DNA of 64,000 bases from Octopus sinensis (Eukaryota), in the NCBI RefSeq assembly GCF_006345805.1, contig NW_021832538.1, positions 1 to 64,000 of the forward strand, given 5' to 3'. A program made the translations under genes and the position numbers. The notes under the pieces were generated by a model that made no database searches, was not told the origin of the DNA, and saw only the letters and a list, made by a program, of their open reading frames with translations. Below are positions 36,867-50,737 of the stretch, piece after piece. Each line of letters starts with the position of its first letter. Position 1 is the first letter of the stretch.

Positions 36867-36988
36867 TGCCTGTATCCCTGGGATAGAGGCATCCAGCAAC
36901 AGGACCTCCGTAATGTCATGATGGACCGTGAAGTCTGGCGTAGCATGGTAAATTCCATTGTCTCGACCACGGTCGAACAATGATGATG
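36867..36988 (+). mobile_element. 122-bp 3' fragment of an RTE-type LINE with a 13-bp TSD
   Basis: Matches the 3' end of 56683-57236 and has a (GAT)n tail. ATAGACACATGGA occurs at 36854-36866 and 36989-37001. Confidence 0.9.
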
Positions 36989-37315
36989 ATAGACACATGG
37001 ACATTATGTTAGAGTGTCAGATAAAGATGAATAGCGTAACGCAGGGTTTTTGCCACTCCCTCGCGCGTGTATCAAGTGGTCAGCCTGCATAGATAGTAGA
37101 GGGACCGCACGCTACGCCACTGGCCTTGCAGTTTCTGTTTCGGCCCTTCGACACCGTTCTGAGAGCAACGACTGCGATGTCCAAGCTGCATGAATCTATA
37201 GACGGTAGCCTTTCTCGTGGACAGCATTCTGCTAGTCTTCACAGACACACACACACAGACTGCCGTGCATAGCGTTTAGAATATCTTGTATGTATTGTCA
37301 CTAATATATATTCGT

Positions 37316-37655
37316 GGAGGCGCAATGGCCTAGTGGTTAGGGCAGCGGACTCGCGGTCGTAGGATCGCGGTTTCGATTCCCAGACCGGGCGTTGTGAGTG
37401 TTTATTGAGCGAAAACACCTAAAGCACCACGAGGCTCCGGCAGGGGGTGGTGGCGACCCCTGTTGTACCTGTATTTCAAAGGGCCGGCCTTGTCACTCTC
37501 TGTGTCACGCTGAATATCCCCGAGAACTACGTTAAGGGTACACGTGTCTGTGGAGTGCTCAGCCACTTACACGTTAATTTCACGAGCAGGCTGTTCCGTT
37601 GATTCGGATCAACCGGAACCTTCATCGCCGTAACCGACGGAGTGCTTCCATCCAT
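37316..37655 (+). mobile_element. SINE C with internal deletion
   Basis: tRNA-like head GGAGGCGCAATGGCCTAGTGGTTAG...GGTTTCGATTCC; 3' end GTAACCGACGGAGTGCTTCCAT. Confidence 0.85.
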
Positions 37656-37711
37656 CCATATATTCGTTATTTCAGAATAACAAATAAGATATTCTAAATG
37701 TCATGAACAGC

Positions 37712-38262
37712 ATGCGTTCTGAGTTCAAATTGCGCTGAAGTCGACTTTGCCTTTCGTCTTTTCGGGGTCGATAAAATAAGTACCAGTTGATTGCTTGGAT
37801 CGATGTAATCGATTTATCACTTCCCGCGAAACTGCAGTTCTTGTACCAAAATTAGAAATCAATATATACTCTTTTACTCTTTTACTTGTTTCAGTCATTT
37901 GACTGCGGCCATGCTGGAGCACCGCCTTTAGTCGAGCAAATCGACCCCAGGACTTATTCTTTGTAAGCCCAGTACTTATTTTATCGGTCTCTTTTGCCGA
38001 ACCGCTAATGACGGGGACGTAAACACACCAGCATCGGTTGTCAAGCAATGCTAGGGGGACAAACACAGACACACACTTATATATATATATACATATATAC
38101 GACAGGCTTCTTTCAGTTTCCGTCTACCAAATCCACCCACAAGGCATTGGTCGGCCCGGGGCTATAGCAGAAGACACGTGCCCAAGATGCCACGCAGTGG
38201 GACTGAACCCGGAACCATGTGGTTGGTTAGCAAGCTACTTACCACACAGCCACTCCTGCGCC
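37712..38262. mobile_element. SINE B variant (+, 37712-37860) and full SINE A (-, 37866-38262)
   Basis: Direct matches. Confidence 0.85.
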
Positions 38263-38519
38263 TATATCCATTATTTCACAATTATGAGACAGTGAGTTCG
38301 ATTCCTGGCTCTGTGTTGTGTTCTTGAGCAAGATACTTTATTTCTTGTTACTCTAATTCACTCAGCTGTAGAAATGAGATATCACTTCCACCCTCACCCA
38401 TATGCTGGCCCCTTGTTCATTCGAATCATAAAGTCATCGAGAAAGTTTAGTTCTCGACTATCAATTTGTTAGTGGACAGAGTCCACTTAGTAATATGACG
38501 GTACAATTAATTATATGGA

Positions 38520-38888
38520 AGCACTCCGTCGGTTACGACGATGAGGGTTCCGGTTGATCCGAATCAACGGAACAGCCTGCTCGTGAAATTAACGTGTAAG
38601 TGGCTGAGCACTCCACAGACACGTGTACCCTTAACGTAGTTCTCGGGGATATTCAGCGTGACACAGAGAGTGACAAGCCGGACCCTTTGAAATACAGGTA
38701 CAACAGAAACAGGAAGTAAGAGTGAGAGAAAGTTGTGGTGAAAGACTAGAGCAGGGATCACCACCATCCCCTGCCGGAGCCTCGTGGAGCTTTTTTTAGG
38801 TGTTTTCGCTCAATAAACACTCACAACGCCCGGTCTGGGAATCGTAACCGCGAGTCCGCTGCCCTAACCACTGGGCCATTGCGCCTCC
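38520..38888 (-). mobile_element. SINE C, full-length
   Basis: Reverse complement of family C; convergent with 37316-37655. Confidence 0.88.
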
Positions 38889-39507
38889 ACAATTAATTAT
38901 ATATATGGATATACGATGGAGGAGGACGAAACATCCTGTGTTAATAGAGCAAATATTCTAAGCAAGGTTCCGTTAAAATATCAAAGAAAACCTATTGCCC
39001 TTATTCCTTTGCCATATCCTCAACCCAGTTAACATGAATCGTTTTCAGATTACATACTGTATAATGTGAAACTGTACATAGTTTATTTTCCTGGTTTTAA
39101 TTAAAATGGAACTATAAAGGTTTACTGTTTAAAATTACCAGTAAATATTTATGTTATCGATATCCCTTTCGGACTGCTCCTACTTCCGGAAAAATCTTTA
39201 CAGACGACCTCCTTAAGAAATGTTTAAATTACTTCTGCTTTGTATATCATCCAGTGATTCTTGATTCCTGGAAGAGTGGACTGCTTTATTTGATGCAACT
39301 TGTCTCGGGTTATACAGACAATCTGGTGTCCCGTGTCAAGTGGTGGCTAATATTGTTGGAAATCGTTGGTACTGAAGTGCGTATCGATCTTTCTGCCTAA
39401 CTAGTGATTGGTTATCTCAGAACCCAACTGACAAAATTCTCATTGTCTCTTCTCTCCATCTTGAATGTATAGAAGTCTTCCTTGATATAAAATACAGTAA
39501 CTACTGT

Positions 39508-39897
39508 TTCATATTTCTTTATTGCCCACGAGGGGCTAAACATAGAGGGGACAAACAAGGACAGACAAAGGGTTTTAGTCGACTACATCGACCTCAGTGT
39601 GTAACTGGAACTAATTTTATCGACCTCAGCGGAATTTGAACTCAGAACGTAACGACAGACGAAATACCTATTTATTTACTGCCCACAAGGGGCTAAACAC
39701 AGAGGGGACAAACAAGGACAGACATAGGTATTAAGTCGATTACATCGACCCCAGTGCGTAACTGGTACGTAATTTATCGATCCCGAAAGGATGAAAGGCA
39801 AAGTCGACCTCGGAGGAATTTGAACTCACAACGTAACGCAGACGAAATACCACTAAGCATTTCGCCCGCTGTGCTAACGGTTCTGCCAGTTCGCCGC
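39508..39897 (-). mobile_element. SINE B, two units joined at the GGTATTT site
   Basis: Junction GACGAAA|TACCTATTT at ~39661. Confidence 0.85.
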
Positions 39898-40263
39898 TAC
39901 TGTTTCAGACAGCTCACTTCTAACGAACTTTTTAACCGTGCGTGTGTGTTCTTGCCGGCGTTTGGCGCTCGATCGTCGGTCCGTTGTCCACTTCATTGCT
40001 GTCGTCCGATGAAGAATCACGCCTGCCGCCAGGCGGCGTCGCGTGCAGCCTGCTTTTGCGCTCGGTTCTGCCAAGAAAACCTCTGCTCCTTTCTCGTCTC
40101 TCGCCACGGCTTCAAACAAGGGACTGGGGCGTACCGCATAGATCAGCCACAACCACGGTGACCATCGCATCTTGAAGTGCAGACTATATATGGGTCTTCG
40201 CCATAGGACGAAGTAATGCTAGAAAGATCGTTCTCGTTGCGCTCTGTCCTTCGTGTCCTTCAC

Positions 40264-40433
40264 ACCTATTTCTTTATTACCCACGAGGGGCTAAACACGG
40301 AGGGGACAAACAAGGACAGACATAGGTATTAAGTCGCTTCCATCGACCCCAGTGCGTAACTGGTACTTAATTTATCGACTCCGAAAGGATGAAAGGCAAA
40401 GTCGACCTCGGCGGAATTTGAACTCACAACGTA
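40264..40433 (-). mobile_element. SINE B, headless unit
   Basis: Direct match. Confidence 0.85.
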
Positions 40434-41056
40434 AACTGGGTCTGCTCTTCCGAATAATTCACTGTCCCCTACTTTTCTTACTCTCCTGCAGTAATCAAGT
40501 CTGATGTTGATTAATTTGTTACCTCATTGGTTGAGTGGTGGTCGTTAGTTAGTTAATTTTTTGGCTCAAAAAGCAAAAAGCAAGGCCATGTAGGGGGACA
40601 TGGAGTTATGTACAGGGTGGTGTTCATGTAAAGAGTTCAGGCCACTTGATTGTTGTCAATTGGTTGAAGTGTTTTGTTTTGGGCGTGTTTACAATGTCTG
40701 TGCGTGCGTTTGTATAAAAGAACTTTTCAAATATATTAGCAGTAATGTGTGTGCTTTTCATAGATGGGAGCTATGAAAGTTGTAGAGTGGAGGGTCAAAT
40801 GGCCATGTTTGATAAAAAAGAATTTGGTCAATTTTTTTTTTCTCTTTTTAAACTTCTCCAACATGATGGTTAAAGCAAGAAATTATATTGTTTTCTCATA
40901 AACAGGAGAGAGAGACAAAAAAATTAACTAATATTGGGAGAGGCTGGTGTTTGTCAGTTTGAGAAGCACTGGGCCGCTATGTTTGTGTGTGTGTGTGTGT
41001 GTGTGATAGTAGCGTTGTCCCATATATGTAAGCAGTACTGTAATATGGGCCAAGGA

Positions 41057-41436
41057 CAGCGTTTTCCAGGCTTTTACTCCTGGGGAAACTTTGAAACACA
41101 TCCCATGTCTCAGGGAACCCCTTTATTTATACTTTTAATAATCTTTTCCTCTTTCATAACGTTAAAATTTCATAAGAGATTATTGATACCAAGTAATTTC
41201 AACTGAGACCAAAATCCCCTTCTATTACCCCCGAGAAGTAATTTTTCCAAATTTCCTCTTATGATCTACAGATGTTAGGTTTTAAGGGATACGCCGCCTG
41301 CGTCTATAATAAAATTATCAATAAAGCAATAACCGCAAAATCTGTCCAAAATTGCTTTTATATATTATTTGCCAATTTATCACAGTTTCTCGTGGAACCC
41401 TAATGTTCTCTGGGAGCTGCGGGTGGGAAAACGCTG
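41057..41436. mobile_element. hAT-like MITE with 11-bp TIRs
   Basis: CAGCGTTTTCC (41057) and GGAAAACGCTG (41426-41436); no 8-bp TSD visible. Confidence 0.5.
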
Positions 41437-41974
41437 CGCTGATATTCGGATATTTGTGTGTGTGTAACGGCAATCTGTCCCAGATGTTCGCACGTGTAAC
41501 AGCAGCGCTATCCCAGATTTATGGGCCGGACTGTAATGTAATTATACGATGTTTCTGCGTGTTACACTGTCCTCTTCTCCCCAGATATGTCAGCAGTGGG
41601 CCTGGCATGGTCTCTGTGTATGTAACAGCAGCATATCTCCGAGATACATGAACGACTAGCGTAATGCGAGTCGAAGTTGTTTGTATGTGTAACATTAGCA
41701 CTGTCCCAAATATGGAAGCCATAATTGCATAGATCAGCTAGCAATTGAAAAGAAGTGATGCTAGCGAAGGGGAAATGCATGCGTTTAGATGTATTTTGGC
41801 AGCAGCGACTCTTGTTGAATAAACGGTATGATTGAACATCGATCGATTTATTGGTAACTTAACAAACTTCGGCGGAGATGTAGCCCACGCCTGAACTTCA
41901 AAACTTCTGTCGGTCCGGATCGTGACGGAACCTGTGAGGATCAAAAGCAATCCAGATCCGGCTGTGACTTGTTT

Positions 41975-42397
41975 TTATTTTTACTTTAACTTGTTTCAGT
42001 CATTTGACTGTGGCCATGCTGGAGCACCGCCATTTTAGTCGAACTAATTCAACCCCAGGACTTATACTTTGTAAGCCTGGTACTTATTCTATCGGTCTCT
42101 TTTGCCGAACCGCTAAGTTACGGGGACGTAAACACACCAGCATCGGTTGTCAAGCGATGTTGTGGGTGGGGGGGACAAACACAGACACACAAATATATAT
42201 ACACACACACGTACGTACATTCATACACACACATACGACGGCCTTCTTTCAGTTTCTGTCTACCAAATCCACTCACAAGGCTTTGGTCGACCCGAGGCTA
42301 TAGTAGAAGACACTTGCCCAAGGTGTCACGCAGTGGGACTGAACCCAGAAACGTGGTTGGTAAGCAAGCTACTTACCACACAGCCACTCCTGCGCCT
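41975..42397 (-). mobile_element. SINE A, full-length
   Basis: Reverse complement of family A. Confidence 0.88.
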
Positions 42398-42776
42398 AAT
42401 CTAAAACTTTTTCAATCCATTAGTTATATGTAGAAGCACATTATTTAATCGTGCTCTTAGGAGATTTCCCTGATATTTCTCTCAACTGAGACGACCTTTA
42501 AGGATCTCCTTTGTAATCCATGTGCGTGTGAGAGGAGAATGAATGTCTATCCTGTAGAGGAGTAGAGGGAGGTGGCTAGTGTGGGATCATTCGAAGTAAA
42601 AGGGGGAGTGGGGTACTTGTTGTTGTCTTGCGTGAAATGTATGACAACTTGTACGAACGCTTCTTTTTAACAAATGCTATTTCTTTCTACATTTGGATGC
42701 GATGCAAACACACACGCTGTTATTTTAAAAATTGAATGGTATAATTTACACAGTCAAGCGATCAGTAGAACTATAT

Positions 42777-43196
42777 GGCAATCTTTCGTCTCTAGTAGAC
42801 CTTTCCGTCGATATCCGTAAAAAATTTTTTTTTTTACATATGGGCTTGCGGGAACTTTTGAAGTAATGAGAGCGAAAGAGACTAAGAGAAAGCGATTGTA
42901 TGACGAGGGAAGTTCTTTTGAAGTTACCGTGCATGTGAAGCATTGGTGTACATGTGTGTGTTTGATGGGGTGTGGGAGACAGACAGTATGTTGTGTAAGT
43001 GAAGTGCTTCTGTTAGTGTGTGTGAAGAGACAGAGAGAGTAATGTGTGAAAGAAAGAGATAACTGAAATTTTTTACTCGGTGTATGTGTATATGTATGTA
43101 TATTACTTCAAAAGTTCCCGCAAGCCCATATGTAAAAAAAATAATTTTTTTTACGGAAATCGACGGAAAGGTCTACTAGAGACGAAAGATCGCCCT
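42777..43196. mobile_element. MITE with ~90-bp terminal inverted repeats
   Basis: 42777-42867 pairs with 43102-43194. The right end reads CCCT|TTAA. Confidence 0.8.
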
Positions 43197-45714
43197 TTAA
43201 AGATATTCCATGAAATTTTGCGACCTTTTTCCCTCCATTCCCAGTAAGTAAAAAGAGATATAGTTCTTAACGAGAATCGAAACCGGATCACGGATTCGAT
43301 TGGGCGGTTGTTTCCAAACTTATATAGTTCATTATTGATTGTTAGAAGCAGTTTGTGAAATTCGGTCACTAGAGGAAATACGTGTATAGGGAGTCAATAC
43401 CGACCTCACATTTTCTCCCCCTCTCTCTCCTTCTCTGCGTCTAATTGAACTAGTGTCACGTGACTTCATGCTAAATATACATCTCAACTGATCTGCCTAT
43501 CTCTCTATCACCCTTCATTTATACTTCTCCCAAGCTGTCTTTTTGCCGTCTATTTCGTAATCTCTGTGTCTACTAAATCGATATCTGTACAACAGTGTCC
43601 ACTTATATATCTGCCAGTGGATAAAGTACACTTCACTGTCTTATATGATTGATACACTACAGCTTCTAGCCTTTTATAGTCACTATACTTACTACACGAC
43701 GCAAGAGCAGTCTCTTATCACACTATAATAGTCCAGCCTCTATAAGCGAATGGAATATGCAGTCCGACTTCTTATTACTTACTTAAGATTCTCCATCGAA
43801 TCCTATGATAGCCAGCCATTTTCTTCAATTAATTCTAGAACTTTTGACAACCTCATATCCCAGTCCTTGACGTACAACTTCAAACACAGACACAGAACTA
43901 TATGAATGCTAAGTGTTTTGCTCTTTTCTCTCTGCTCCGGGCAGTGTTTGAGGGCAGTTCTCCACCATTTCTTTTAATCGTTCTCCAGCTGTGAGATGGT
44001 CAAAAGTGACCGGCGAGTAGCGAGGTCTTTAAAGGTTGCTTCTCTTCAAAGACGTCGTCAGTTAGCCTTTGAGCTTCTTCGTCCGTCCTTGTTAAGATGG
44101 TAGGCTATATAGTAATATTATATATAAGCAAAAACTAGTTAAAAAGGGTGGGATGGGGGGAAACGAGTGGCTATGACATGTTCAGACAAATATACAAGTA
44201 TATCAAATACTATACAACATAAATTCTATGTTAGAATTATCTCCGCCTACAGAGAATGTAACATAATTACTAAATGGGAATTGTGATTATATATATGTGT
44301 GTATATATATATATATATAAAACCAAGTTGCCGTCAACTTGTGTAAAAGGCAACCAAATCAGACATGGTTGAGTTCAGGTGTGTGTGTTTTACGTCTATT
44401 ATTTTTATGTTTGTTCGTATGATTCATTTTATGTGTATGTAGTTAGGTTTGTGTCTGTGAATTATGTACATATATGTAAACAAAGCGTGTGACAAGGATG
44501 GTGGTGGTGAGAGGAGTTAATGTTGACAAGTCGTAAGGGACCGTCTCGTGACAGTGTTGTGACACGCACCGCGACGTGGGACCGTTTCGTGATTCAGTAA
44601 GAGGACATTTTGACGTAACTACAAACTGGACTACTCAGTAGCGAACCATCGTTTTCTTTGCCAATATTGTAAGTAACAAACACATAATGTCTTTTTTGTC
44701 ACAAAAACGTACATTGTATATGCGTGTGTTTAATAATATAAGTGTCTCTTTTGACGTTGCGAATTTCTACTCGACATGTTAGAAATAACTCCAAATCACA
44801 CCCCCACCACCGTATTAAAGAAGGAATTGGTGCACCGTATCCAGTAAGGAAGAGAGAATGGTTACGGGTGGGATGCCTTTGATCGTGTGTCTACCTGAAA
44901 CAGGGCTTACCAAGGTTAAAAGAAATTCCGTTTGCAAGTAGTAAAGAAAAATGGTGTAACTACAAATCGCATTTGGTCACTCGTCTTCTAAGGGCTTAAC
45001 CAGCACTAAACTATCGTCACCACCTCCATCTTTGCCTTTGTCCTAATTAAAGGAGCGTTTGTTTATGTGGTCAAGAATTTTAAAACAGTTCGCTTCAATT
45101 AACATGTCTGATACCCGTGTGCACAACTTGAAGAAGTCTAGCAGAACTGGCAGAACGTCAGAGGAAAAAAAATATTTTGCAGAGTTTAGTTACAAGTTTT
45201 TTTATGCGTTCCTAATTCATTGACTGTCTTTGCCTTCCATCCTTTTGGAGTTGATAAGATATAGTAATAAAATATACAGGGATAGATTACATTCCTGTAA
45301 TACGTAAGTGATCAGAATTATCAAGTTAAGTTACATATGAAATGAAGTATTTGTAATCAAAATCATTATTTATGTCATACACACACACATTATATATTAT
45401 TGTAACTCCAGGATTTATACCGACCCCCTCCCCTGGATGAAAGCATAGCAGATGTTGAATTCTTGGTAAAAGAACTTAAGCTTCTTAATTCAAATGTTAC
45501 AGATGAGCACAGCACTATACGTGGGACACAGATAAAACGCTCCAAAATGCAACGGAGAGGAGGGGGGGGTTAAGATCATCATTATCATCATCATAACCTT
45601 TTACCATGATGTTGACCATCTGCAATTATATCACTATTAAAAAACAAAAAACAAAAAAAAAACTCGAGTCATGCTGACTCGTAAAGGGTCGGTTTCCATG
45701 ACGTAAAAAATTCC

Positions 45715-45870
45715 CCATCTGGACGGATTACTCATTTATTTTGCCAGCTGAGTGGACTGGAGCAACGTGAAATGAAGTGTTTTGCTCAAGAACACAACGC
45801 GTTGACTAGTCCAGGAATCGAAACCACAATCTTACGATCATGAATCAACACCCTAACCACTAAGCTACAC
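45715..45870 (-). mobile_element. tRNA-headed SINE fragment (C-related)
   Basis: Reverse complement reads CTTAGTGGTTAGGG...GGTTTCGATTCC...GTGTTCTTGAGCAAAACACTTCATTTCACGTTGCTCCAGTCCACTCAGCTG; similar to 60585-60680. Confidence 0.65.
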
Positions 45871-46291
45871 GTATCAACACTATATCACTATACAACCAGT
45901 GCACTACCACTGGCTCTCACACACCTTCGTGCCTGCATACATGTATATATACATACATACGTGCATACTGCCACATGCATTTATGGTTTAAGTCAGTGCA
46001 AGAGTCTTGACTGTCTTGTTCATCAGCATGCACGAAATAACAACCTAATGCCCCTCAAATCACTCCTACCTTCTTAAAATAAAAAGAAGAACCCGTGTAA
46101 TCACAGGTTCAATCAACTTGAAAAACGAAAAGACGCGTGAACGTCATGGCTGGCGTGGCTTTGATCATAGGGCTATTTGTTGACTTGGAGGCCAAGTGGG
46201 CCAAACAAACAACAGAAACTTGTAACTCCACCACCACCACTATACCATCTATACAACCTCCATACCATCAGTACATTATTGCCATTTTAGC

Positions 46292-46688
46292 CATACCTAT
46301 TTCTTTACTAAACAGAGAAAGGACAGACAAAGGGATTAAGTCGATTATATCGACCCCAGTGCGTAACTGGTACTTAATTTATCAACCCCGAAAGGATGAA
46401 AGGCAAAGTCGACCTCGGCGGAATTTGAACTCAGAACGTAACGGCAGACGAAATACCTATTTCTTTATTCCCCACAAGGGGCTGAACATAGAGGGGACAA
46501 ACATGGACAGACATAGGTATTAAGTCGATTATATCGACCCCAGTGCTTAACTGGTACTTAATTTATCGACCCCGAAAGGATGAAAGGCAAAGTCGACCTC
46601 GGCGGAATTTGAACTCACAACGTAACGGCAGACGAAATACCGCTGAGCATTTCGCCCGGCGTGCTAACGTTTCTGCCAGCTCACCGCC
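46292..46688 (-). mobile_element. SINE B, two units joined at the GGTATTT site
   Basis: Junction GACGAAA|TACCTATTTC at ~46451; CpGs intact. Confidence 0.88.
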
Positions 46689-46699
46689 TAAATATATAT

Positions 46700-46730
<31 letters not shown>

Positions 46731-47190
46731 CACACCGTTTGGTTTTCCATTCATATGTGTGTTTGCAGGAAATGTTTGTATGGTTGTGTGTGTAAGTGTA
46801 TGATTTTTATTTGTATATGTTCCTATATGCCTAGGTGACTGTGTACAGTTGAGATTGTGTGTGGGTGTGTAAGTAACCCCTTTTCTATCTCCCTGTTCTT
46901 TCTAACCTGATACCCTCATTAATCATTGTATCACATTCTGAAACTGACTCTCCCTCCCTCCCTCTCCTTGACATCTTTATCTCTCTCTATCTATCTCTCC
47001 CTCAGTCTCTCTCTCTCCTCCCACCCAGATTTCTAGCCAGCTAGCCACCCAACAACCCCACTATTTTATTTGAGGGTGGCCCTCTTATGGATGTAGATCC
47101 AATAGTGACAGACAGACAGACAGGCGAGGTGGGAAGGAAAGAGAAAGATGGAAGTGAGATGTTAGAACTTGATAAATAGACAAACTATGT

Positions 47191-47235
<45 letters not shown>

Positions 47236-47431
47236 TACACAAATATATATACACACATGCATATATATATATACATATATATATATACATATATATATAT
47301 ACATACATATATATATATATATATACATATATATACACACATATATATACACACACATATATATATATACACATATATATATACACATATATATATATAC
47401 ACATATATATATAATATATACATATATATAT

Positions 47432-47464
<33 letters not shown>

Positions 47465-47487
47465 CACACATATATATACATACATAT

Positions 47488-47538
<51 letters not shown>

Positions 47539-48154
47539 GAGAAGAGAGAGGACAAGTGTGTGCTTGTGTGCATAGAGATAGATAGAAATAGAGATGAAGA
47601 GATAGGTAGTCAGGCAGGTTGATTGATAGATAAGTAAAGTAAATGGCTTGATGGATAGGAGTGGATTTGTTGCTGCAAAGACAGACACATAGAACACGAA
47701 GCGGGGGAGGGGACTTAAGATCAATGACAAGGGGGGAAGAGATAGGAAAGGATTAGTTAAAGAGACAGGAAAGAGAGTGGGGCAGGGTAGGTCTATGTCC
47801 ACATGACATGCAAATAAATATGGTTAGGAAGTGTCCAATACACACACACACACATTCATACATACAAACATACACTTATCTAGCAGTGGATGTTGGTGTA
47901 GAGGTAAGAGGCACAAGGATTCTTAAATAGACAAGGAATTCAAGGGACAGATTGCTGTTAAATCTGAAATTAACCAGGGTCAATTCTAAACAGATGAGTT
48001 TCACATACATGCTGTGAGATACTGCTATTTAGCATCCACTGAGGATTACTCGTATAGCTGTATGAAACCCTGATATGCATAGATATTGTTATATAGTTTT
48101 ATACCCCACACATGTATAACAAGCTTTACCAAAAGTATATAATTGTATCAAATT

Positions 48155-48355
48155 TTGGCACCAGGCCAGCGAGTTCAGGGAAGGGGCCAGGTTGGTTACA
48201 TTGACCCCAGTGATTGACTGGTAGTTATTTTATCAATCCTGAAAAGGATGAAAGGCAAAGTTAACCTCAGCAGAATCTGAGCTCAGAAGGTAAGGACAGA
48301 TGATATGCCGCCAAGCATTTTACCTGGTGTGCCAATAATTCTGCCAGCTTGCCAC
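48155..48355 (-). mobile_element. SINE B variant with heavy CpG decay
   Basis: Consensus CGs replaced by TG/CA (ATTGACC, GTTAACC, CTCAGCAGAA, CCTGGTGTG, CTTGCCACC). Confidence 0.75.
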
Positions 48356-48514
48356 CCTGCCAGAGGCAATATATTCACCATTTTATATTCTATACTCTGC
48401 ACAATGACTGTTCAATGAACATCTATGACATAGTCTTCACTTATACACACAGTTCATACTTTATACTTTCCACGCAGTAGATTCTTGCATATAATTCACA
48501 CATACATTACACTC

Positions 48515-48665
48515 TTGGAGTGGTTGGCGTTAGGAAGGGCATCCAGCTGTAGAAACTCTGCCAGACCAGATTGGAACCTGGTGCAGCCATCTGGCTCTCC
48601 AGACCTCAGTCAAACCATCCAACCCATGCTAGCATGGAAAGCGAACATTAATCGATAACGATGAT
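48515..48665 (+). mobile_element. SINE-like family D, 3' portion with (GAT)n tail
   Basis: GGAGTGGTTGGCGTTAGGAAGGGCATCCAGCTGTAGAAAC...CCAACCCATGCTAGCATGGAAAG. Also at 49170-49345, 49865-50040 and 55870-56190. Confidence 0.8.
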
Positions 48666-48668
48666 ATA

Positions 48669-49050
48669 TTACTCTTTTACTTGTTTCAGTCATTTGACTG
48701 CGGCCATGCTGGAGCATCGCCTTTAGTCGAGCAAATCGACCCCGGGACTTATTCTTTGTAAGCCTAGTACTTATTCTATCGGTCTCTTTTGCCGAACCGC
48801 TAAGTGACGGGTACATAAACACACCAGCATCGGTTGTCAAGCAATGCTAGGGGGACAAACACACACACACATACATATATATATACATATATACGACGGG
48901 CTTCTTTCAGTTTCCGTCTACCAAATCCACTCACAAGGCTTTGGTCGGCCCGAGGCTATAGCAGAAGACACTTGCCCAAGGTGCCACGCAGTGGGACTGA
49001 ACCCGGAACCATGTGGTTGGTAAGCAAGCTACTTACCACACAGCCACTCT
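48669..49050 (-). mobile_element. SINE A, full-length, CpGs intact
   Basis: Reverse complement of family A. Confidence 0.9.
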
Positions 49051-49864
49051 ATATGTAGTTTCAGAAGACATAGGACCATAGGGCAGTAAAATATGATCTT
49101 CAGTTGATGAGTCTCTCACAAAGGTGATGACAAGTGACCGAGACTTCTGGTAATTGGCTGTGCTTTAGGAGACATGATGTCAAGCTAAGTGAAATCGTGG
49201 TCGTGGCCGGTACCAGTGACTTGTAAAAGACACCCCAGCACACTCTGCAGGGTGGTTGACATTAGGAAGAGCATCCAGCCATAGGAACCAAGCCAAAACA
49301 GATGACTGGTGCAGCACTCCGGCTGTTAAATGATGATGATGATATATTTAAAAAAGTTCAGACTTATCCATGCTTATATACAGCCCATTCCTAAATTTAA
49401 TCTACATAATACAGATTCCTTGTATTGTACATACAGTTCATACTTATATAATTTATACAATATACAATCCACATTTATATAAACTATACTTTTATATAGT
49501 CTCTACTTCTATGCAGTTCATACTCATATATAGTCTATACTCATTTTGAATCCAAACCATACATTCTTATATATACAGTTCATATTTATATCATTTATAT
49601 GATATACACACCATACAGTACAAGGTTCATACTACTATTTAATCCTTACAGTATATAGTTTATATTAATATACAGTCAAAACATAATCCATAAAATATAT
49701 ACTCCCTACATATATAGAGATCATACTTATTTATAATCCTTACTTGTGCACGGTGCATACTGACATACATACACTCTGTTCTTATATACAGCCCAAAATC
49801 CTAAGCAGTCCATACATATTATCCATACACTACACACTCCATTCTTATATATAATCGTATATAT

Positions 49865-50040
49865 GGCACGTAAAAAGCACCCTTGGAGTGGTTGGCGTTA
49901 GGAAGGGCATCCAGCTGTAGAAACATTGCCAGATAAAACTGGAGCCTGGTGCAGCCTTCTGGCTTCCCAGATCCCAGTCAAACCATCCAACCCATGCTAG
50001 CATGGAGAATGGACGTTAAACGATGATGATGATGATGAAT
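49865..50040 (+). mobile_element. Family D copy
   Basis: GGCACGTAAAAAGCACC...GGCGTTAGGAAGGGCATCC...GGACGTTAAACGATGATGAT. Confidence 0.85.
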
Positions 50041-50737
50041 CCATACAATATACAATCCAGAATGCATGAAGATGCCTTTTAAGCAGATCTTGTTGGTCTT
50101 TCTTTCTTAAGCAAGGTATGATTGTTAGATGAGTTGGTTTTATTTAGGAGTACGACTAGATGCAGCCTCTAAAACTGATCGTTAGTTCTTGATAGTTAGT
50201 AGACAGTGAATATTAATGGACAGTCAACACCTGATATTCAGTGGTAGTTGACGGGTCTCGAGAGATTTCGTTAATAATAAATAATCAGTTTTTGATAACC
50301 AAAAAAAAACCAGTTCTGATAGTCTGTATTAATATACAGCTAGTTTTTAATAGACAGACAGTGTTAATAAAACAGTTGGTTCTTGATAAAGAGTTGACCC
50401 TTCTTAGACTTAGTGTTAACACTCAGTTTTTGTTATTGAGTTGGGAATTTTTTTATAGACAGTCTTTAAGTAGACAATCAGCTGAGTGTCCATTATCAGA
50501 AGTGTGCAACATCTTATAGATTATGTCCTGTTGTGTTGTATGCTACCTTAGTGAAAATTCTTGGCTTTCATCTTGTCAATGAATGTAAGCAGAACACAGC
50601 ACAAATTCATTGAACCTGTAATAATGGAAGACTTGACAGATGCATGATGTTTTAAAGGCCATACTGGAGTAAATGTTTGAGTATTTTTTGCACAAGTTCA
50701 ATTTGAATATCATCCTCTTGCTACACAACTGCTTCAC

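Noticed and set aside
43760-44100. Protein-like fragments on the minus strand (TFDHLTAGERLKEMVENCPQ; LKLYVKDWDMRLSKVLELIEENGWLS)
   Set aside because: Frames are broken by stops and shifts and the family is not recognised; likely TE debris. BLASTx would settle it.
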